From Massalongia carnosa (taxonomy: Eukaryota): a stretch of 64,000 nt of DNA. Under the pieces are notes generated by a model. It searched no databases and had not been told where the DNA came from. It worked only from the letters and a program-made list of their open reading frames with translations. This document shows positions 56,754 to 64,000 of the stretch, in pieces (the first letter of the stretch is position 1; the number at the start of each line of letters is the position of its first letter). A program made the translations under genes and the position numbers. The stretch lies in the NCBI GenBank assembly GCA_965645245.1, contig OZ287070.1, positions 124,001 through 188,000 of the forward strand, given 5' to 3'.

Positions 56754-59700
56754 TGTCAGGGTCCTAGTCTGAAATAGGACTTAGGAGGTTTAATGAACAT
56801 GCTTAGCGTCAGTTATGAGGGAAAAGGGGATCACGGGAGCACGTGCACTAGAGCGACCCACGGTGATAATACAGTACTAGGTCAAAAGTTTCCGACAGCC
56901 CGTCAACTTTTTATCCCCCCACCTGCTTTGAATTATCAACCACCAAGTTTTTATTTTGATGCCTTGAAACTTCGTAAGATGATTACATACATTCTAGCAA
57001 CGAGTTTGGGCTGAGAAATATATTTTTAATATTTCGTATACCATCCTTTCGATTGGATGCAAGCTTCAATCCTCCTTTCCATGCTCACTATTAAACTTCT
57101 CAACATTTCCTCATCTATCAAGGCCCATGCTTCTTCCAGCGCTTTCCAAAGTACCTCGCGGACCTTATCATCACTACCAGTCACCGAATCGATGTCCGGA
57201 TTGACTTAATAAACGAGCTGTTTGAGCACATACCAAACGTGCTCGATGGGATTCAAATTAGGAGAATAAGGTGGCCCAATCGATGATTGTTGTACCGTTT
57301 TCATCGAACCATTTCTTCACCTTTTTGGCAGTATGAATCAATGCATTATCCTGCATGAAAATGAGGCCCGGTTCCCAAATTCCAAACAGATTATCGTTCA
57401 ATAATTCCAAATATGAATTCGCGGAGTACCCCATCTTCTTTGCTTCGAAATCGCGGGCCAATTTGTAAAGATCTGACCTTTCTCTCCTCCAAAAAGCCCC
57501 CCATACCATAACCTTGACCTCGTTGCCTTTGGCGTACGGTTGTATAATAGGTTTTTTCCATTTTTCCTCCGGAAATCTGAACATCCATTGACGCTGTTTT
57601 CCTGACCCCTTTTCCACCGAACACTCGTCTGACCATATAATTTTTGACTATTGCTCAGAAGTCCACTCACGCCGAAGCAAGCACCATTCCAATCTCCTCT
57701 TTGCCACCTCGGACGTCAATAAAGGCCGCTTTTTAGCCAGCCAGTTTGTTAGACCGTAGTCTTTGAGCATCCGATAGAGAGTGGATCGACTGCATTGCAC
57801 CCCGGCCTCCGTACGCAGCTGCGCATAGGTGATGCGTGGATTGATTCGTGCAAATTTGATGGTACGTCTTCTATCGCGATCCGAAAATATTCCAGGCCGA
57901 CCCGATCGCGATTTGGACTTTTCGTTGTTGCGTTCTGGGTGCTTTTGAAGAGTGTAATGGACGGTGGTTCGAGGCACATTTAATGTCTTTGCAGTTTCGG
58001 CCGGTGCATGCCCCAACGCCTGGGCTCCAATAATCATTCCTCTTTGACATTGATTCAATTCGGTATTACGAGGCTTATTACCAGAAATTGAAGCCAACGG
58101 AGTGCGTGGCATGATGAAATGATGTGGTCAAAGTTGATGGGTTGGAGGGTTGAAACGCGAAATCACGAAAATCGCGGGTAGAGTCGGAAACTTTTGACAT
58201 GGGACTTGTATCTTCGTCAAGGGCGCACAGTAATTTCTCTTTTCCTCTTTGTAGATAAATTTTGGTTTAATAGCGGTTGATTAGAATCGACGATAGCTTC
58301 CTTACACAATTTATCTACCATCTTATCAGAACTCTCTTGGGGTAGACACCCGTTCCAGACAATTTCCAGATAGGGTGAAAGCCTGTTTCAGCATCTTCCA
58401 GATCAATCAATCGTGCGGATCCGATTGATAATTTCCAGAAAATTTCAAGCTGGGTAAAGACCCGTTCTAGTAGATTCCAGACTGATCGCTCGTGTGTATC
58501 CGAACCGATCTCCATTCCAGAAGGCCGCCATGAGTTCGAAAACCCCCATGACGGCCATAAAAGCCGGAGCCCCTCGAGGGGACAACAATACTGGCCCAGC
58601 TTTTAACACCCGCGCACGTTCCTTATCCCACCACTCAGTCCGATCAAGCAATAGCATGCCAGGAGCGTTCGAGGACCCCGAACTCTCTTCAGACAAACGA
58701 ACAATGCCGCCGATTGAAGCGGCACCGAATGATAACCCTAGGACGGGATTGGGCAAGGATAGGGAGTTGTCTCGCGAGATAAACATCTCGGAGCATCCAT
58801 ATTATGAGAAAGGGGCAATGGGACAACCAACGAGATATAGAGTCCGAAAATTCGAAGAATTTCGAGATGTGATCTCGGATGACAGAGAGGGTCCTCGTTG
58901 GTACGAGTTCATTTCCAAGGCAATCGAATATGATAAAACGCTTTATGAGAAGTGTCTCTCTCTTCGAGCTGCCGACGATAAACTCATCGCGGAAAAGAGA
59001 ATAAACAGGCGATACAAGCAACAAGCGGAGTGTTTTGTAACCGAAATAGAAGAAGGGGAACATCAACTTCTTCTAGCTCAAGAGGAACTATCGCATAAGG
59101 AGATAGAGTTGGAACAGGCTCTGTCAGCCAAAGATAGATTGCAAGAAAAGAAGGAAACGCTCGTTCGCAGAGCCGCGGAGAATAATACCCGCTATCAACG
59201 AGAAGATACTGTTGGTACCCAAAACACTGCATCGAATCCCCAGAACTGGCGTCCCCGGGGGATCAAACCTAGTAAGCCCCTGAGAGGCGAGGACCCTGAA
59301 GAATATAGCCCATGGGATTATTCTATTCGAAACAAATTGAAAACTGACTCACCATTGTATGCCGATGAGAAACCGGGGATTCCCTCACTATCGACGCCTT
59401 GTTCGAGGAAATCGAACATTACATGGGGATTCATCTGCAAAGCCGAGATGCCAAGAAGGAACTGATCGCCATTACCATGAAAGGAGGCGAGAGCGTGAGC
59501 GAGTACTATCACCGCATTTTCAAGCTCTGGCAAAAGGCGAAGACCCCTGTCGACGAGAGAATCGAGAAATTCCTCGTGACATTGAAACCGTGCATCTCCA
59601 GCTCGTTGATGGGTTCGGTCTTCACGGAATTCCGTCCCCTATTGGACGAGGCTCGGAGAATCGAGGATCGCCGAAAGGATGTCGCCCAACACTTCCCTCA

Positions 59701-62700
59701 CCCCGAGAAACAACTCCCGTCAAAGAACGCCGGCAAAGGGAGCAATTTCTTGGGAGGACAATCAACTAAGGGAGAGTCTTCATACTCCCCCTCTCATCAA
59801 ATCAAGAAAACCGAGGATCGCCCGAGCACCAAACCCGCCCCGACGATCGTGAAACCAACAGGTTGGACAGGTGCTTAGTACGATCCAGACCCGAAGCCAA
59901 AAAAACTGGAGAACGACGATCGGGAAACCCTGTCCGCTCAGGGTAGATGCTGGGCTTGCAGGGGATCGGGACATCGGGGAAGCGATTCAATCTGTCCTCA
60001 GCACAAAAAGAGGAAACTCAACGCCATGAAAACAATAGAAACCGATTCCGGTTCTGAATCGGACTCGGGGAAAGCTTAGTCCTTGATCAAAATCGCGATC
60101 AAGAACTCTTAGAGGGGGATGTTGTTAATGAGAACGGTGAAGCTGAAATAAAGAGTGTTAGGGTCTCTACTTGTGCTGTCCGCGATACTGAAAAGAAAAT
60201 CGAGGGCAAGCATTTAGCATTTAAAACTAGCATAGCTGGGATTAAACACGTTTACTTGTCGATAATGGAAGTGAAGCCGAACTCATTGACGAATCCTTTG
60301 CGCGTATTCATAAATTAAGCACCTTCAAACTAGACAAGAAGGTGAAACTTACTCTTGGTAACGGAGAAGTAGTCCAACTTCTCACCAAAGCTGCTCTGAT
60401 CGAGATAAAAATTGGAGATCATGAAGAACAAGTCCGGTGCTATTTAGCAAAACTTGATACGTACTCAGTTATTTTAGGGGATGGGTGGCTACAAACCCAC
60501 AACCCGAGTATAAACTGAAAAGAGCGAAACTATGAAGTTCAACTCTTCAGATTGTTTAGAAAAAGGATGTCTCACACGGGGGATAACTTGCACCGAGTTT
60601 GCCATAGGTAGCAAGGTAAAAGACAGGATTGAGCCAAAGGGGGACATAGAAGTTCTCCCAGTTAACGCGAAGCACTCCTTTCGCATGGCTAAAAAGAAGG
60701 AGCTTGAAGGATATCTGTGGATTCCTCAAGAGAAGACCAAAGCCTGTTGTGCGACAACCACAGGGGCTGTAACATCAGGAGATTACGACAAGTTCATGAA
60801 GGGGAAATCCGAGTACACTCGCGAGGAGCTATTGAAAAGAGTTCCCGCGGCATATCACAGCGTGATAGAAGTATTCATGAAATATAAAGCTGACGAATTA
60901 CCTAAGCATCGAAAGGAGGATCATCAAATAAACCTCGAAGAAGGAAAAAAACCTCCTTATGTAAGAAATTACAAACCTATGTCCGAACAAGAAATGGAAG
61001 CGGTGAAGAAATATATCGATGAACATCTAGGAAAAGGTTTCATCCGCCCGAGCTCCTCGAGTGCAGCTGCTCCGGTCCTGTTGGTTAGAAAACCTGGAGG
61101 GGGACTAAGGTTTTGCGTAGACTACCGTGCCTTGAATTCGATTACAATAAAAAATCGATATCCTATTCCATTAATCAACGAGACTCTTGGAAAGCTTTCA
61201 CAAGCCAAGAAGTTCACGAAGCTAGATGTTATCTCCGCATTCAATCGTATGAGAATAAAAGAGGGTCATGAATGGCTCACCGCGTTTAATACAAAATACG
61301 GCCAATTCGAGTATCTAGTAATGCCCTTCGGTTTATGCAATGCTCCGGGAACTTTTCAGAGCTTTATAAATGATACCGTTTGAGAATATCTGGATGTCTT
61401 TTGCACGGCATATTTAGACGACGTCTTGATTTATAGCGGAAATGAAGAAGAAAATTCGGGACAAGTTTTAAAGGTTCTAAAGAGATTGCAAGGACGAGGA
61501 CTTCAAGTCGACATCGACAAATGTGAATTCTCAGTGACGGAAGTAAAGTATCTCGGACTGATAGTCACCACCGATGGAATAAAAATGGATCCCGAAAAAA
61601 TCGAAGCGGTTTTAAAATGGGCAACACCAGAATCCGTAAAAGACGTACAAGCATTCTTAGGTTTTGCGAATTTCTATCGGAGATTTATATCAAGATTCTC
61701 GCAAAGAACAAGATCATTAACTGAACTAACCAAAGGCGAGCAAATTACCACAAAGTCGGGAAAGAAACGAACCAAGTATAATACATTTATTTGGTCAGAG
61801 GACTGTCAGAGAGCCTTTGAGGATTTGAAGGAGACATTCACTACAGCACCAGTGTTAGCACATTATGACCCTGCTTTAGAGACCTGGGTAGAAACGGATT
61901 CCTCAGATTTCGTCAGCGCCGGGGTCGTCTCTCAGATGCACGATGGAGTATTAAAACCGGTGGCTTACTTCTCTAAAAAGATGACACCCGCCGAGTGTAA
62001 TTATATGATATACGACAATGAACTCTTAGCCATCGTAAAAAGCTTTGAGGTCTGGCGACCCGAGATTGCCAGTGCAGCCCCAGATAAACCAGTAAAGGTT
62101 TACACGGATCATAAGAACTTAAAACACTTCATGACAACAAAGCAACTGAACCGCAGGCAAGCCAGATGGGCGGAATTCCTATCGGAATTCAATTTCAAGA
62201 TCACGTATCGGCCAGGAAAACAAGGTGAGAACTAGACACATTAACCCGCCGGTCTCAAGATCTTCCAAAGGGATTGGAAGATAGTCGTCAGCAACATCAA
62301 TTTCAAACATTGTTGCAAGAGCATCAATTAGACGACGAGCTACGAAAAGCGTTATCCGCGGTTTTTTGTACAAATACAGCAAACACCAGTATCAACGACG
62401 AGAACGAAGACCAAGATAAGCAAAGCGAAACCACCGAAGAGGACATCTCAGAAAGGACAGAGAGGGCCGACAATGAACAAGAACTCGTCGCAAATGAAGG
62501 CAGACAGATAGAAGAAAAATCTCTAGAAGAACATATAGAAGAAGCTTATGAAAAAGACGAAGTAGTCCAAGACATAATATCAGCAAAAAGAAGGAATTAA
62601 GAAAACTCCCACTAAACCTCATAAAAAGAGGGATAAAGCTAGCCATGGGAGACCTTAAGCTGGAAGATCACAGGCTATATGTCAAGGGAAGATTATATAT

Positions 62701-64000
62701 CCCAAACCATGAGCCCTTACAGTTATATCTTTTAAAAAAACCATCACGGACCGTCCTTAAAAGGCCATCCAGGATATAAAAGCATGCATCAAATCATGAG
62801 AGAAAACTACTTCTGGTTTGAAATGAAAGATCATTGCAAACGATATGCGGTGAACTGCTCTGTCTGCCGAAGGTCCAAAGCGTATAACGATAAAAAGCAA
62901 GTTTTATTGAATCCTCTCCCTATACCGAATAGAAAATGGACAGATGTTTCATTGGACTTCGTCGAATTCCTTCCGGAATGCCGCAGACGAAATAGAGTAT
63001 ATCAGCACATATTGGTAGTCATAGATCGTTTGACAAAAGGACATTTATACGAACCTTCAACATCTCTTTCTACGGACGAATTAATGGATGCTATGGCTCG
63101 AAGATTATTCTCGTCTTATGGGTTTCCTATATCCACGGTTAATGATAGAGGAAGTCGTTTAACAGCACACTTGTGGAAAAGAGTCTGCGAAAGATACGGG
63201 ATAAAAATCAAGTTTTCGTCAGCGTATCATCCAGAGACAGACGGTCAGACAGAAAACGCCAACAAAGTAATGAAGAATTACCTCAGAGCCTACGTCAATT
63301 ATACTCAAGACAACTAGGTAGATTACCTAGCAGACGCCGAATTCGCCGCCAACAATCAAGTAAACGTCTCAACCGGAATGACACCTTTCTTCGCGGATCA
63401 CGGCTTTAACCCGCGGAGTGGGATAGAACCGCCAGGCCACTATGAAGGAAAAAGCAAGGCCGAAGTATTACACGCCGATAAGATTATAAAACGTCAGGAA
63501 GCAATGCGAACATGGCTAAGAGATCAGTTAGCATGGGCTCAAGAAGAACAAGCGCGGCATGCGAACAAAGATCGCCAGCCGCATCCAGAATACAAGGTAG
63601 GAGACATAGTATATGTTAATGCTAAACATTTTGCATCCGAGCGCCCGAGCAGGTCTCTAGGATTCAAAAACGCAGGCCCATGGAAGATAATCAGAATTAT
63701 CGATAATAAGGCATACCAACTAGAAATTCCAGACCAATTAAGGAACGTAGGACTTACACCAATCTTCCATCCATAGAAACTCCACCTCGCGCCGTCCGAC
63801 CCTTTCCCAGGACAAATTCTTCCGCCAGGCCCACCTATCTCGATAACAGGAAACGATGAGGAAGAATCACATGAAGAATGGGAAGTCCTAGAAGTAGTAG
63901 ACTGCCGTGAGGCAAGAAAACTCGAAGTTCAATACAAAGCCACGTGCGTGGGAAATTGGACGAATGGAACGCAAATCCCTACTGGCAATCGTGGACTGAC
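56754..64000 (+). mobile_element. Ty3/Gypsy chromovirus E (relative of D), degenerate, runs off the window
   Basis: 5' LTR TGTCAGGGTCCT... at 56754-58306 (split by a Tc1 element). gag 58530-60079 (PAFNTRAR, QGRCWACRGSGH) and pol fragments 60080-64000 (YLDD, ETDSSD, YHPETDGQTE, chromodomain EEWEVLEVVDC). Confidence 0.92.
56872..58208 (-). mobile_element. Tc1-like DNA transposon inserted in the 5' LTR of Gypsy E
   Basis: TIRs CA...GTCAAAAGTTTCCGAC; TA TSD at 56870-56871 and 58209-58210. Transposase MPRTPLASISGN...KKRPLL, WSDECS, VMVWG, FMQDNA and SPNLNPIE, with frameshifts. Confidence 0.9.

Overview
This is a eukaryotic window, most likely a filamentous ascomycete (short GT-AG introns with CTRAY-like branch sites, fungal TE families; the species cannot be determined). 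It is almost entirely a deeply nested transposon cluster. It holds five Ty3/Gypsy elements (four chromovirus-type with Tf1-like self-priming signatures, and one tRNA-primed element with a 4-bp TSD, gag-PR / RT-RH-IN joined by a U-UUA-AAC -1 frameshift, and an extra ORF3), six TSD-flanked solo LTRs, four Copia remnants, one Ngaro-type tyrosine-recombinase retrotransposon, three pogo/Fot1 and two Tc1-like DNA transposons, and two small MITE-like elements. The only apparently functional host gene is a 7-exon fungal NLR (SesB-like alpha/beta-hydrolase + NB-ARC + 16 near-identical 126-bp TPR repeats, minus strand, 37786-42725), whose repeat array stops abruptly. The most unusual observations are: combinatorial, mostly non-synonymous variation among the TPR units; a hairpin conserved in structure but replaced in sequence inside the TIRs of two sister pogo elements; a CAC...GTG MITE with a 5-bp GC-rich TSD and RSS-like ends (Transib-like); an antisense six-cysteine zinc-cluster-like ORF carried by one Gypsy; and a solo LTR with ~57-bp terminal inverted repeats. 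All domain names come from motif recognition by eye, not from database searches.
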